The notes beneath the pieces are model-generated. The model worked only from the letters and a program-made list of their open reading frames with translations. It searched no databases and was not told the DNA's origin. From positions 103-64,102 of the forward strand of contig JAJDCL010000009.1 of the NCBI GenBank assembly GCA_029260875.1: a stretch of DNA of 64,000 nucleotides, read 5' to 3'. Positions 29,390 through 39,098 of this stretch are shown piece after piece. Source of the stretch: Candidatus Saccharimonadota bacterium (GTDB lineage: Bacteria; Patescibacteriota; Saccharimonadia; Saccharimonadales; OFTM59). Numbering within the stretch: position 1 is the first letter of the stretch; each line of letters opens with the position of its first letter. The translations under genes and the position numbers were made by a program.

Positions 29390-30505
29390 ATGAAAATTGG
29401 TCTGATTTGTCCCTATGATATATACAAGGGAGGTGGCGTGCAGGAATGCGTACGTGCTATGCAGTCTGAACTGTCAGCCCGTGGCCATAACGTAAAGATC
29501 ATAACTCCTTTGCCACGCAGAATAAGCAAAGGCAACCCTGAAAATGTTATCTTTATAGGTCGCTCAAGAGACATCAAGTCACCACTACACACAACCTCCC
29601 AGATATCTGTAAGCCTTAACAATGATATGGTTGAGGAGGTATTAGAGCGTGAAAAGTTCGATATACTGCACTTTCATGAGCCGTGGGTGCCGGCTGTTAG
29701 TAGGCAGGTTCTAGCCCGTTCTAAAGCCAAAAACGTTGCTACTTTTCATGCTAAACTGCCCGAAACAGTAGTAAGTCGTACGATCGAAAAGGTTATTACC
29801 CCCTATACCAAATCAGTATTGAAGTATCTAGATGCATTAACTGCAGTCTCCGACGCTGCTGCAACTTATGTGAGTACTTTGACTGACGAGCCGATCCACA
29901 TTATCCCGAATGGCATAGATTTGGATTACTATTCACCACAGCCGATACTTCATCCGAAATCTAGGCAGAAGCACATTGTTTTTATCGGACGACTCGAGAA
30001 GAGAAAAGGTGTCAAGTATTTGCTCCAGGCTTTCGCACTATTGCAGGAAAGACATCCGACAGTAAAGCTGACTATTGGCGGCGAAGGGCCTGACAGAGCA
30101 AAGCTTGAGATGCTTGCAGACAGCTTACATCTAAAAAACGTAGAGTTTGCTGGCTACGTTACTGAGAAGCAAAAAATGCACCTTCACGCTAGTGCTGACT
30201 TACTGTGTTCGCCTGCTCTTTACGGTGAAAGCTTTGGCATAGTCCTGCTGGAAGCACTTGCTAGCGGGGTTCCGATTGTCGCCGGTGAAAATCCTGGTTA
30301 TGCCAGTGTTATGAAGGGATTGGGCCAGTTATCGATCCTTGACCCAACTGATACTGATGAGTTTGCTCGTCGTATTGACCTGTTGTTAATGAACGACAAC
30401 TTGCGCAAGTTATGGCAAGACTGGGCGCTAGATTACGTCAAGCAGTTTGCTTACCCAAAAGTGGTCGATGCTTATGAACTGCTCTACAAAGGCCTGGTTA
30501 GATAA
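29390..30505 (+). CDS. GT4 glycosyltransferase (PimA-like)
   Basis: DILHFHEP, GRLEKRKG, ESFGIVLLEA. Confidence 0.92.
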   Translation: MKIGLICPYDIYKGGGVQECVRAMQSELSARGHNVKIITPLPRRISKGNPENVIFIGRSRDIKSPLHTTSQISVSLNNDMVEEVLEREKFDILHFHEPWVPAVSRQVLARSKAKNVATFHAKLPETVVSRTIEKVITPYTKSVLKYLDALTAVSDAAATYVSTLTDEPIHIIPNGIDLDYYSPQPILHPKSRQKHIVFIGRLEKRKGVKYLLQAFALLQERHPTVKLTIGGEGPDRAKLEMLADSLHLKNVEFAGYVTEKQKMHLHASADLLCSPALYGESFGIVLLEALASGVPIVAGENPGYASVMKGLGQLSILDPTDTDEFARRIDLLLMNDNLRKLWQDWALDYVKQFAYPKVVDAYELLYKGLVR

Positions 30506-30507
30506 CT

Positions 30508-31644
30508 ATGAAAATTGGTTTTGTGCTTGATGACAGTCTTGATAAAACTGATGGCGTACAGCAGTATGTATTGACTATTGGACGATGGCTGAACGAAAAC
30601 GGACACAATGTGCATTATTTAGTCGGTGAGTCCAGGCGCACCGATTTACCGAATCTGCACAGCTTAAGCCGTAATATGAACGTACGATTTAATCACAATC
30701 GAATGTCAACACCCCTGCCTGCTAGCAGTAAGAAAATTCAAGACCTTCTAGATCAAGAAAACTTTGACGCGCTCCATGTGCAAATGCCCTACAGCCCGTT
30801 TATGGCTGCTAAAATTATCAATGCAGCCCCTAAATCGTGCGCGGTACTAGGCACTTTTCATATTATGGCCGCCAGTAAGTCATCTGAACTTGCAAACCGG
30901 GCCTTACGGATGTCGGTGGCCAGAAGCCTAAAACGATTTGACCAAATCTTTAGCGTGTCAGCTCCGACGGTAAGCTTTGCCAAGCGTGTTTACGGAGTTG
31001 AGTCTGATGTTTTGCCTTGCGCCGTGAACCTAGAAAATTTTTATAAAGCCCGGCCAATTAAAAAATACCAGGACGGCAAAATAAATATTGTTTTTTTGGG
31101 TCGGCTTGTAGAGCGCAAGGGTTGTCATTATTTACTGTCGGCCATAACAAGGCTTAGAGAGATTGAATCTGCACCCCTAAGAGTGATCATTTGTGGTCCA
31201 GGCCCACAAGAAAAAGTACTAAAGGAATACGTGCTAAAGAATAATCTGGGGGAAATAGTGCGCTTTATAGGCCACGTTAATGCTGAAAAGGCTGATTACT
31301 TGGCTTCGGCGCATATAGCGGTGTTCCCTAGCACCCAGGGAGAAACGTTTGGCATAGTTCTGGCGGAAGCTATGGCCTCCGGGAGCGAAGTTGTCATAGG
31401 TGGTGACAATCCTGGCTATCGTGCTGTTTTACAGGGGCGAGAAAGACATTTAATTAACCCTAAAGACACTGAGGCTTTTGCTAAGCTGCTTCAGTACTAC
31501 ATTAATAATTCTGCGGCCCGTCAAAGGTCTAAAAAGTGGCAGCAAGCCTTAGTTACGCAGTTTGATGTTAATGCTGTTGGTCGCCGGCTGGTTGGCTCAT
31601 GCAAAGAAGCTATTGCAAAGCGACAACTTCAGAAGGATAATTAG
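30508..31644 (+). CDS. GT4 glycosyltransferase (tandem paralog)
   Basis: GRLVERKG, ETFGIVLAEA. Confidence 0.92.
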   Translation: MKIGFVLDDSLDKTDGVQQYVLTIGRWLNENGHNVHYLVGESRRTDLPNLHSLSRNMNVRFNHNRMSTPLPASSKKIQDLLDQENFDALHVQMPYSPFMAAKIINAAPKSCAVLGTFHIMAASKSSELANRALRMSVARSLKRFDQIFSVSAPTVSFAKRVYGVESDVLPCAVNLENFYKARPIKKYQDGKINIVFLGRLVERKGCHYLLSAITRLREIESAPLRVIICGPGPQEKVLKEYVLKNNLGEIVRFIGHVNAEKADYLASAHIAVFPSTQGETFGIVLAEAMASGSEVVIGGDNPGYRAVLQGRERHLINPKDTEAFAKLLQYYINNSAARQRSKKWQQALVTQFDVNAVGRRLVGSCKEAIAKRQLQKDN

Positions 31645-31647
31645 CTT

Positions 31648-32748
31648 ATGAAAATTTTTGGCGGCATAGAAAAAACGATTAGCATTACGACTGAGACTAT
31701 TGCAAAAACTATTTTCCTAACGGTTCTCGCGCTATTTATACTGAACTTTATTGGTGCAGTTGACCATCAACTAAAGCTGATATTTATATCGGCGTTTCTG
31801 GCAATGGCATTAAACCCCGCTGTGACATGGATAACCACCAGACTTAAAAGCAAGAGCCGGGTCCGAGCTACCGGGTTTGCCTATGTAGTGGTGCTCTCGG
31901 TACTAATAGGCTTTTTGATGTTGGTCGTCCCGCCACTAGTCAGTCAAACCAGTGACTTTGTCCGCGACATACCGCGCACAATTGAAAACTTTAAAACTCA
32001 AGATTCAGCGCCTGCAAATTTTGTGAGGCGGTATAACATTGACGAGCAACTAGATAAAATTGGCAATGATCTAAGTAACAGGACTAGTGAGCTTGCTGAC
32101 CCGGTTCTAAACACAGCCAGTCGTGCTGTAGCCACTCTGGTTTCAGTCATAACTATTCTGGTGCTGACATTTATGATGCTTATTGAAGGTCCGCTTTGGT
32201 TTAATCGTTTCTTATCGTTCCAGCCAGAAAGCAAGCGCGAGCAACGTAAAAACACAGTTCAGCGAATGTATAAAGTTGTAACGGGCTATGTGAATGGCCA
32301 GGTTTTGATTGCTGCGATCGCAGCAGCCTTTGCGCTAGTGGCTTTGCTTATTGGTAACACTATTTTTGACACTTCAGTAAATGCGGTTGCCCTTGCTGGC
32401 ATAACCTTTATATTCGGCCTTATCCCACTAATTGGAAATATTATCGGCTCAGCTATAGTTGTGCTGATGTGTTTGTTTGCCTCTTCTGGCCTCGCCTTTA
32501 TGATGGCTATTTATTATCTTGTGTACCAACAGGTTGAAAATGCAACTTTGCAACCATATATCCAATCCCGAAGTAATCAGCTTACACCTTTAACGGTTTT
32601 TATGGCGGCATTGTTGGGCGCAGGGTTCGGGGGCTTACTGGGCGCCCTGGCGGCCATCCCCGTCGCTGGTTGCATCAAGATAATATTAGAGGAATACTTG
32701 AATAAAGTAATGCCTTCGTCTAAATCAGCTGCTCAGTCTAAAGCCTAG
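31648..32748 (+). CDS. AI-2E family transporter
   Basis: GLIPLIG, YQQVEN, GALAAIPVA. Confidence 0.9.
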   Translation: MKIFGGIEKTISITTETIAKTIFLTVLALFILNFIGAVDHQLKLIFISAFLAMALNPAVTWITTRLKSKSRVRATGFAYVVVLSVLIGFLMLVVPPLVSQTSDFVRDIPRTIENFKTQDSAPANFVRRYNIDEQLDKIGNDLSNRTSELADPVLNTASRAVATLVSVITILVLTFMMLIEGPLWFNRFLSFQPESKREQRKNTVQRMYKVVTGYVNGQVLIAAIAAAFALVALLIGNTIFDTSVNAVALAGITFIFGLIPLIGNIIGSAIVVLMCLFASSGLAFMMAIYYLVYQQVENATLQPYIQSRSNQLTPLTVFMAALLGAGFGGLLGALAAIPVAGCIKIILEEYLNKVMPSSKSAAQSKA

Positions 32749-34099
32749 ACCAGATCGGGCCATGCGGTGTGTCGCGTACGGCAATTCCTTGCTCCTTAAG
32801 TCTAGCTCGTAGCTCATCTGATTTTTTGAAATCCATTTTTTGACGAGCCTTTTCCCTGTCCGCTATTAGGTGCTTATGATGGTCCGTAATATCTTTAGTC
32901 TTGGCAAGGTTTATACCAAGCACATTCTCAATAAGCATTAAACTTTCTAAATATTGGTCATTATTAGAATCAAATACTCCACTCTCTAGGGGCTCTGTCA
33001 GGTAACCACTAATAAGCGACAGAGCTAGGGGCGTGTTTAGGTCGTTTAGTAGAGCATCTTTTATCGACGCAATATTTGTGCTCATTAAGTATGGAGCGCT
33101 GCCATTTTTGACTTGCCATCTTAAGTCTGCAAAAGCTTGCAGGTTTTTGAGCCTGTTCGCAGCTGCGTCAAGGTTTTCCCAGGTGAAGTTGCTTTCTGAG
33201 CGATAATGAGTTTGGAGCAAAAGCAAGCGCAGGGCCATGGGGTCGTATCCCCGACTAAGCACATCGCGAATTGTAATAAAATTTCCCATGCTTTTGCCCA
33301 TGCGTCTACCGTCTACGGTCAAAAACCCCCCGTGCATCCAATATTTTACAAAAGGAACTTTGCCAGACAGAGACTCCATTAGTGTGATCTCAGCTTCGTG
33401 GTGTGGAAAAATAAGATCCACAGCTCCACCATGAATATCGTATTGCGGGCCAAAGAAGTGCTCTGTAATAGCTGTATCTTCAATATGCCAACCGGGACGG
33501 CCCTTACCAAACGGAGCATCCCATACTGGCTCGTCTGGCTTAGAGAATTTCCACACACAAAAATCGTTCCATCCCTTCTTCTGATTGCTTTGGTCAATGC
33601 GGCTCTCAGCGTCGTTTTCCTTGATTTCTGTTCGTCCGGACAGTTTGCCATAGTCCTTAAAGGTGGCAATTTCAAAATAGATTCCATCGTCTATTTTGTA
33701 AGCGTGACCCTTATCTAAAAGTGTTTTGACCTGCTGAATTATATCTTCAATATAATCAGTAGCTCGCGCATATTGACTAACGGCGGTATTGCCAAGACTT
33801 TCCATGTCTTTTTTGTACTCTGACTCGTACTTGTCGCGTAACTCATCCCAGCCAACCCCCTGCTCCTTTGCTCTGGCAATAATTTTATCGTCAATATCGG
33901 TAATATTTTGCAGGTAAACTACTTCATAACCCGCCATCCGTAAGACTCGGGCCAATACATCAAACTGAACATACGTTTTGGCGTTGCCAATTTGTGCCAA
34001 GTCATAAACAGTTGGCCCGCACACAAACAACTTGAACCTGCTTTTATTAAGCGGAGAAACCTCATCAATTGTGCGCGATAGTGTGTTGTATAGTTTCAT
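32738..34099 (-). CDS. cysS: Cysteine--tRNA ligase
   Basis: CGPTVY, NITDIDDKII, GRPGWHIE, DLIFPHHE. Confidence 0.97.
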   Translation of the reverse strand: MKLYNTLSRTIDEVSPLNKSRFKLFVCGPTVYDLAQIGNAKTYVQFDVLARVLRMAGYEVVYLQNITDIDDKIIARAKEQGVGWDELRDKYESEYKKDMESLGNTAVSQYARATDYIEDIIQQVKTLLDKGHAYKIDDGIYFEIATFKDYGKLSGRTEIKENDAESRIDQSNQKKGWNDFCVWKFSKPDEPVWDAPFGKGRPGWHIEDTAITEHFFGPQYDIHGGAVDLIFPHHEAEITLMESLSGKVPFVKYWMHGGFLTVDGRRMGKSMGNFITIRDVLSRGYDPMALRLLLLQTHYRSESNFTWENLDAAANRLKNLQAFADLRWQVKNGSAPYLMSTNIASIKDALLNDLNTPLALSLISGYLTEPLESGVFDSNNDQYLESLMLIENVLGINLAKTKDITDHHKHLIADREKARQKMDFKKSDELRARLKEQGIAVRDTPHGPIWSRL

Positions 34100-35097
34100 T
34101 AGGATTTACTACTGATATTATCTAAGAGTTCTGTAGCCCTGGCTATGCATTCTGATTTTATTTCGCTAAATAAGCGTCCATCAGTTATTTTGAATCCGGC
34201 AGCATAAGGATGGCCACCGCCTCCGAAGTGCGTAGCAAGCTCACCAGCTATTGGCGCGCCATAGTTAGCCCGCAGTTTTGCGGTAATTTTACCGTCGGGG
34301 TACTGCTTAAAACCGATAGCTATTTGTGTCTCCTCAGCTAGCAACATATCTTCTATGACTAGCATAGTGGGGTTATACGCGTGACTGTACTTCTCGATTT
34401 CCTGCCACGGTATTGTGATTGTAGCTATTTTGCTATCTGAGAGATACTCTACTCGCTGTAATAGAGCACCCTTATAATGGACGAGCTCAGCTGGTCTGCG
34501 CATACTAGCCCGCCGCCCCGCTTCAAGTTCCGGGATAGAAACACCTTTTTCAACCAACTCAGCAATGATATGAATACTGCGCGAGGATGTTTTGTCGGTA
34601 GTCAGGCCCCGACTATCCGCCATGATCGCCGTGGCTATCATTCTTAATGCAATAGAATTGAGCGGCCACTCAAGCTTGCTGGCAATTCCGTACAGTATTT
34701 CACCCGTAGCCACGGCTGGCTCATTAATACAAAATTCCGCAAATGCGATCTTCTGTACTCCTTCGTGGTGGTCAAGGACAATGACTGGCTTGCTTTTCAG
34801 CCACATAATTTGTCCTGTTTTAGTGAGTTTTTCTAAAAGTGTTTCTGAGCTTGTGTCTACTATGATTGACAAGTCAAAATGTTTAGGCAAATCGTTAGTG
34901 ATCCTGTCCCATCCCGGCAAGTAACGCAAATATGACGGTACCTCAACCCCGCAGTACAATATAGGTTCCTTCCCCATATCACCTAGCACCTGTTCTAAGG
35001 CTAGCGCGCTACCTAAGCTGTCGCCATCCGGATTATCCGCTTGAATAATCACGATTTTTTGTGAACTATTAATAACCTCACCAATTTTGTTAATCAT
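34099..35097 (-). CDS. nrnA: DHH/DHHA1 phosphoesterase (NrnA-like)
   Basis: NPDGDSLGS, LDHH, GGGGHPYAAG. Confidence 0.88.
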   Translation of the reverse strand: MINKIGEVINSSQKIVIIQADNPDGDSLGSALALEQVLGDMGKEPILYCGVEVPSYLRYLPGWDRITNDLPKHFDLSIIVDTSSETLLEKLTKTGQIMWLKSKPVIVLDHHEGVQKIAFAEFCINEPAVATGEILYGIASKLEWPLNSIALRMIATAIMADSRGLTTDKTSSRSIHIIAELVEKGVSIPELEAGRRASMRRPAELVHYKGALLQRVEYLSDSKIATITIPWQEIEKYSHAYNPTMLVIEDMLLAEETQIAIGFKQYPDGKITAKLRANYGAPIAGELATHFGGGGHPYAAGFKITDGRLFSEIKSECIARATELLDNISSKS

Positions 35098-35161
35098 CAG
35101 TAGTATTGTACTACAATAAGTGACCTGGTAATGATGACAAAAGGATGTCATAATATAGTGT

Positions 35162-35947
35162 GTGATTAATAACACTGCAGAAACACCTAGTTTACTTAAC
35201 ACATGCAGGATAGACCCGCATGTGAGTATGCCCCGGCACCTTTATGGGCCACATACCGAAGGAGTCCGTAGTTGCTATGTTGATCTTAATGAAACAACTA
35301 TTAGGGCGTTGCGTGTGATCTCCGAGCAGCAAATTAACGAGTTAGGGGCCGAGCAAACTGCCGAGCGGGAGTTGCTTGGAACTACCTTATTGCTTGCCAA
35401 CCGTGGGCTGGTAAGATACGTGCTAGACGGTCCAAAAAGTAACAAATATCAATTAACTTGTACTAGGGCCAATGAAAGACGCGAGGTACTTGAACAGCTA
35501 CCTGCGCTTGACCGAGATGACTTGCTTCAAGCTTGCTTCGTAACTATATTTAGAACCTCGCTAATGTGGAACTCAACATTGGGGGCAAGTTTTTCTGAGT
35601 ACGAAAGGGGCTGGTTGATGACGACCGTCAAAAGAACCATTGATAATACGGGCCGTACTATCAAAATTCCTACAAAAGTCTTAGAGCAATTACGTTGCCA
35701 CAAAAGGACAGAATCGGGCCGAGCGGTCAGGCTGTATTACCGTGGGCTACCGGTACTCGATAGGGATGGTGAGGACTGTCTGCCGGTGGCTGTACCGCTA
35801 ATAGACGTGGCTGACACTGATGAAAATCAAGCTCCCTGTGGTGGCGTAGCTGTCGGCCATGAATTTGCTGCTATGGTGCCTGACATCCCGCCTAACATCA
35901 TCCGATTGCTCCGGATGAGTTTCAGCAGGTTGAATCTAAAGCGTTAG
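35162..35947 (+). CDS. Sigma-70-like factor, region 2 part
   Basis: LANRGLV, DDLLQAC, GASFSEY..GW, GRTIKIP. Confidence 0.7.
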   Translation: MINNTAETPSLLNTCRIDPHVSMPRHLYGPHTEGVRSCYVDLNETTIRALRVISEQQINELGAEQTAERELLGTTLLLANRGLVRYVLDGPKSNKYQLTCTRANERREVLEQLPALDRDDLLQACFVTIFRTSLMWNSTLGASFSEYERGWLMTTVKRTIDNTGRTIKIPTKVLEQLRCHKRTESGRAVRLYYRGLPVLDRDGEDCLPVAVPLIDVADTDENQAPCGGVAVGHEFAAMVPDIPPNIIRLLRMSFSRLNLKR

Positions 35948-36165
35948 TGCAGCTACTTCTCAGTAAGTGCACACCGATGGCAAGACAAATTCTGGAACTG
36001 AACTTTGGCATTAATGGTCAGACGCCAATGAGTTATTCGGCTATCGCAAAAAGGCTGAGTGTGCATGAAGAAACTGTTGGGGCTATAAAAAAACGCACCC
36101 TAGAGGCGCTGCGCACCTTGCTAGCCTCTATGGATGGGGCTACTAATGGCGACTGCCCCGCGTAG
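35947..36165 (+). CDS. Sigma-70-like region 4 HTH part (split or frameshifted)
   Basis: RQILELNFGINGQTPMSYSAIAKRLSVHEETVGAIKKRTLEALR. Confidence 0.7.
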   Translation: MQLLLSKCTPMARQILELNFGINGQTPMSYSAIAKRLSVHEETVGAIKKRTLEALRTLLASMDGATNGDCPA

Positions 36166-36207
36166 TGCTTGTTTGCAAAAATACGAGGCGCACTAAGCAT
36201 TAATTGC

Positions 36208-36813
36208 TTAAAGCAATGTACGGCCCTGAAGGGCGCGTCCTAGAGTTATCTGATCTGCATACTCTAGGTCAACACCTACCGGCAGCCCACGAGCTAAACG
36301 AGTAATCTTAATCTTTCTGCTGTTTAGTTGCTGCTGTATATAAAGTGCAGTTGACTCACCCTCTACGCTGGCGTTGGTAGCAAGAATGATTTCCTTAACT
36401 CCATCTTCATCTATGCGACTAATTAATTCCTTGATGTGAAGCTGCTCAGGTGTGATGCCATCAATTGGAGAAACCAGCCCGCCCAAAACATGGTATGTGC
36501 CTTTATATTGGCTAGTTTTTTCAATTGCAACTATATCAAAGGGTTCGGCTACCACAGCCACCAACTTCTTATCACGGCTCGGGTCTGTGTAGAGATCCGA
36601 AAGCTCCTTGCCTTTTTGCACGAGAGCAAATGTTTTTTGGCAATAGCTGACCCCGTCTCTCATTGTCTCAATTGCAGTGTAGAGCTCATGACTTACAGAC
36701 GGTTCCGCCTTTAATAGGAAATATGCGTATCTTTCAGCGGTACGCGGCCCAACACCTGGCAAATTGCCAAACGCTTCAATTAATGAAACCAGGGCTGGTG
36801 GCAAAACTTGCAT
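36208..36813 (-). CDS. recR: Recombination mediator RecR
   Basis: LPGVGPRTAER, YHVLGG, EGESTA, TRLARGLPVG. Confidence 0.97.
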   Translation of the reverse strand: MQVLPPALVSLIEAFGNLPGVGPRTAERYAYFLLKAEPSVSHELYTAIETMRDGVSYCQKTFALVQKGKELSDLYTDPSRDKKLVAVVAEPFDIVAIEKTSQYKGTYHVLGGLVSPIDGITPEQLHIKELISRIDEDGVKEIILATNASVEGESTALYIQQQLNSRKIKITRLARGLPVGVDLEYADQITLGRALQGRTLL

Positions 36814-36828
36814 GGGTCGTATACGATT

Positions 36829-37122
36829 CTATAAACCCAAGTTACCGAGCATGCCCATCATAGGCTGCATTTTTTCTGAAGCGATCTTTTGGCTTTCCTG
36901 AATCGCCTCTTTGACCGCGTCTTCTACCCAGCGCTCTAGCTGACCGACATCATTTAGGTCGATTGACTCTGGGTCAATGTGAATCTTTTTAATTTTTTGT
37001 TCGCCTGTAATCTCTACTCTTACTGCGCCATCGCCCTTTTCAATGCTGATCACCATCTTTTGCAATTCCTTTTGCAGCTTTTTCACCTTCAGCAGCATTT
37101 TAGCCTGGTCAAATTTACTCAT
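36829..37122 (-). CDS. ybaB: YbaB/EbfC nucleoid-associated protein
   Basis: GDGAVRVEITG...IHIDP; upstream of recR. Confidence 0.9.
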   Translation of the reverse strand: MSKFDQAKMLLKVKKLQKELQKMVISIEKGDGAVRVEITGEQKIKKIHIDPESIDLNDVGQLERWVEDAVKEAIQESQKIASEKMQPMMGMLGNLGL

Positions 37123-37163
37123 TGCTTAGCTCCTTAACTTCTAACTCTAATTATAACAGATTG

Positions 37164-38351
37164 TCAGGGCTGGTGGCTAAATGTTGCTTTTGTGGCTGGC
37201 ACATTAGGCCAAGCGACAAAATAGTGGCTTAGGTGATAGCCTGACGCTAGCAGCACCGTAGCCGATACAAATATCACCCCAAGCAAGCGAGCTACCGGAT
37301 TGCGAGGGAAAACCGTAAACCATTGCTGTAGCAGCAAAGCAATACCACCACCAGCTAATATATAAATGATCGGAAGGAGCAGCGTTATAGTTACTGGGCC
37401 ACCAAGGGCCACAAGCAAGACAGACATTACTGTGGCTCCAATTAAAATTCTGGTGCGGTCGAGCCCTAAGCGGAAAAACAAAACAAAAGCTCCAAGAGCA
37501 ACCATACAGCTTGTGAAAGCGTCCAGCAAAGGAATGCGGCCTATAGAATACGTTGGGTCGCCGGCACCGATTATAAATATTTCCTTAGGGATGGACACTA
37601 TATTAGTTAGGTATGTTGCAGGGCTGGGCCAGATTGCCGGGAAGCCTAGCCATAATGTCACAAGGCTAAAATTAAATGTAAAAGCCCAAACAAGTGGGGC
37701 AATCCCCAATAATACCAGCAAAATAGCCATTGTCTGCTGAAGGGCGCCGAAGCTTTTAAATATGCGTCCTATTAATCTTCTTCGCCAAATAATAGTCAGC
37801 ACCACAAACCAGACCATGCCCGGCACGTACAGCATAAATATCCCTGAGATAATTGCCAAAATAATTGCAAATGTTGCAAATTTGTCTCGGTGAAGCCATA
37901 TGCTACCTACTAGTAAAAGTAGTGGTAACAAAAAGTTTATATCGGGCGTTGATAATCTTGCGAAATGTAGTGTCCAGCTTGATGTGGCAAATAAAAAAGT
38001 GCCCAGCACCGCAACTCGGGTTGTGTACCAGCTCTTCAGAATTACACACATACTCACAATACCAGCTAGTCCGATGATTGCGCTCGGCAGTCTCATTGCG
38101 GCTGGGCTGCTATGACCAAACTTTTGCGCCAAAAACTGTCCAACTTTCTGGTGTAGATGTAAGGGGTTATTAGTAACGGACTCTATAGTGCTTGTGGCTG
38201 CTCGCTGCTGAAGTTCTGATTTCGTAAACCCAGAAGTTAGCGAACCTATTTGAAAAAAAAGTAGCAAACACGCTATCGCAAGCCCAAGCAAGCTTGCCAA
38301 TAAGGGTCTCCACACATCTTCTATAGGGGGTATTGTCGGGAACTTTTTCAT
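37164..38351 (-). CDS. GT-C (ArnT/PMT-like) membrane glycosyltransferase-like protein
   Basis: Polytopic; AMRLPSA, SSWTLHFAR. Confidence 0.65.
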   Translation of the reverse strand: MKKFPTIPPIEDVWRPLLASLLGLAIACLLLFFQIGSLTSGFTKSELQQRAATSTIESVTNNPLHLHQKVGQFLAQKFGHSSPAAMRLPSAIIGLAGIVSMCVILKSWYTTRVAVLGTFLFATSSWTLHFARLSTPDINFLLPLLLLVGSIWLHRDKFATFAIILAIISGIFMLYVPGMVWFVVLTIIWRRRLIGRIFKSFGALQQTMAILLVLLGIAPLVWAFTFNFSLVTLWLGFPAIWPSPATYLTNIVSIPKEIFIIGAGDPTYSIGRIPLLDAFTSCMVALGAFVLFFRLGLDRTRILIGATVMSVLLVALGGPVTITLLLPIIYILAGGGIALLLQQWFTVFPRNPVARLLGVIFVSATVLLASGYHLSHYFVAWPNVPATKATFSHQP

Positions 38352-38423
38352 AAGGCTTCTGGTCAGTATAACTCATATCGGTAGCATGCTGGTAGCTGCT
38401 TTGACAAAAGTTTATTGTACAAT

Positions 38424-39083
38424 ATGCCTATTATGCTTCAGACTGCGTCTGCCTTATCTATTGTTTTAGTTATTGCGCTAACTGCTGAATATTTATGGCG
38501 TAAAAAGCTGATTCACGGTGAATATGCGAGGAAATTTGTACACATTGCGCTTAGTATTCATATCGCCTTATTCCCATTATATTTATCGTGGCGTCAGATA
38601 TGGATAATTGGTGCAATTTGTATACCTGTGATTGTTGTGTGTCGGTTGCTCGGTATCAGCAAGAGTGTGTATGAAATTGATCGTAAGAGTTGGGGTGATA
38701 TTATTGGCCCAGTTGCTATGCTTGGCTGCGCGCTGCTGCAACCCGCTGCAGCGGTTTTTTCTGCAACCGTGCTTTATATAGGCCTAGCTGACGGCTTGGC
38801 TGCTGTAGTTGGCACCAAATTTGGGCAAAACAATGCGTATAAAGTTTTTGGTTATAAAAAATCGTTAGTAGGCAGCGCCACATTTTTTATCGTTGCGCTG
38901 GGGATTACTGCGATGGCTTTTTTTGCACTTGGAGTTGATGGCTCAAATTTTATACTAGCCATTGTGCTCGTACCTGTCTTGCTGACATTAGTCGAGAATA
39001 TATCATATTATGGTGTAGATAATTTATTAATACTGCTAGCATCACTACTGTCATTTATGCTGCTGGATGTGAATCTGGCCTAA
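38424..39083 (+). CDS. Dolichol/phytol kinase family protein
   Basis: RKFVHI, GLADGLAAVVGTKFG, KKSLVGS, GVDNL. Confidence 0.85.
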   Translation: MPIMLQTASALSIVLVIALTAEYLWRKKLIHGEYARKFVHIALSIHIALFPLYLSWRQIWIIGAICIPVIVVCRLLGISKSVYEIDRKSWGDIIGPVAMLGCALLQPAAAVFSATVLYIGLADGLAAVVGTKFGQNNAYKVFGYKKSLVGSATFFIVALGITAMAFFALGVDGSNFILAIVLVPVLLTLVENISYYGVDNLLILLASLLSFMLLDVNLA

Positions 39084-39098
39084 AGAAATACAAACTGC

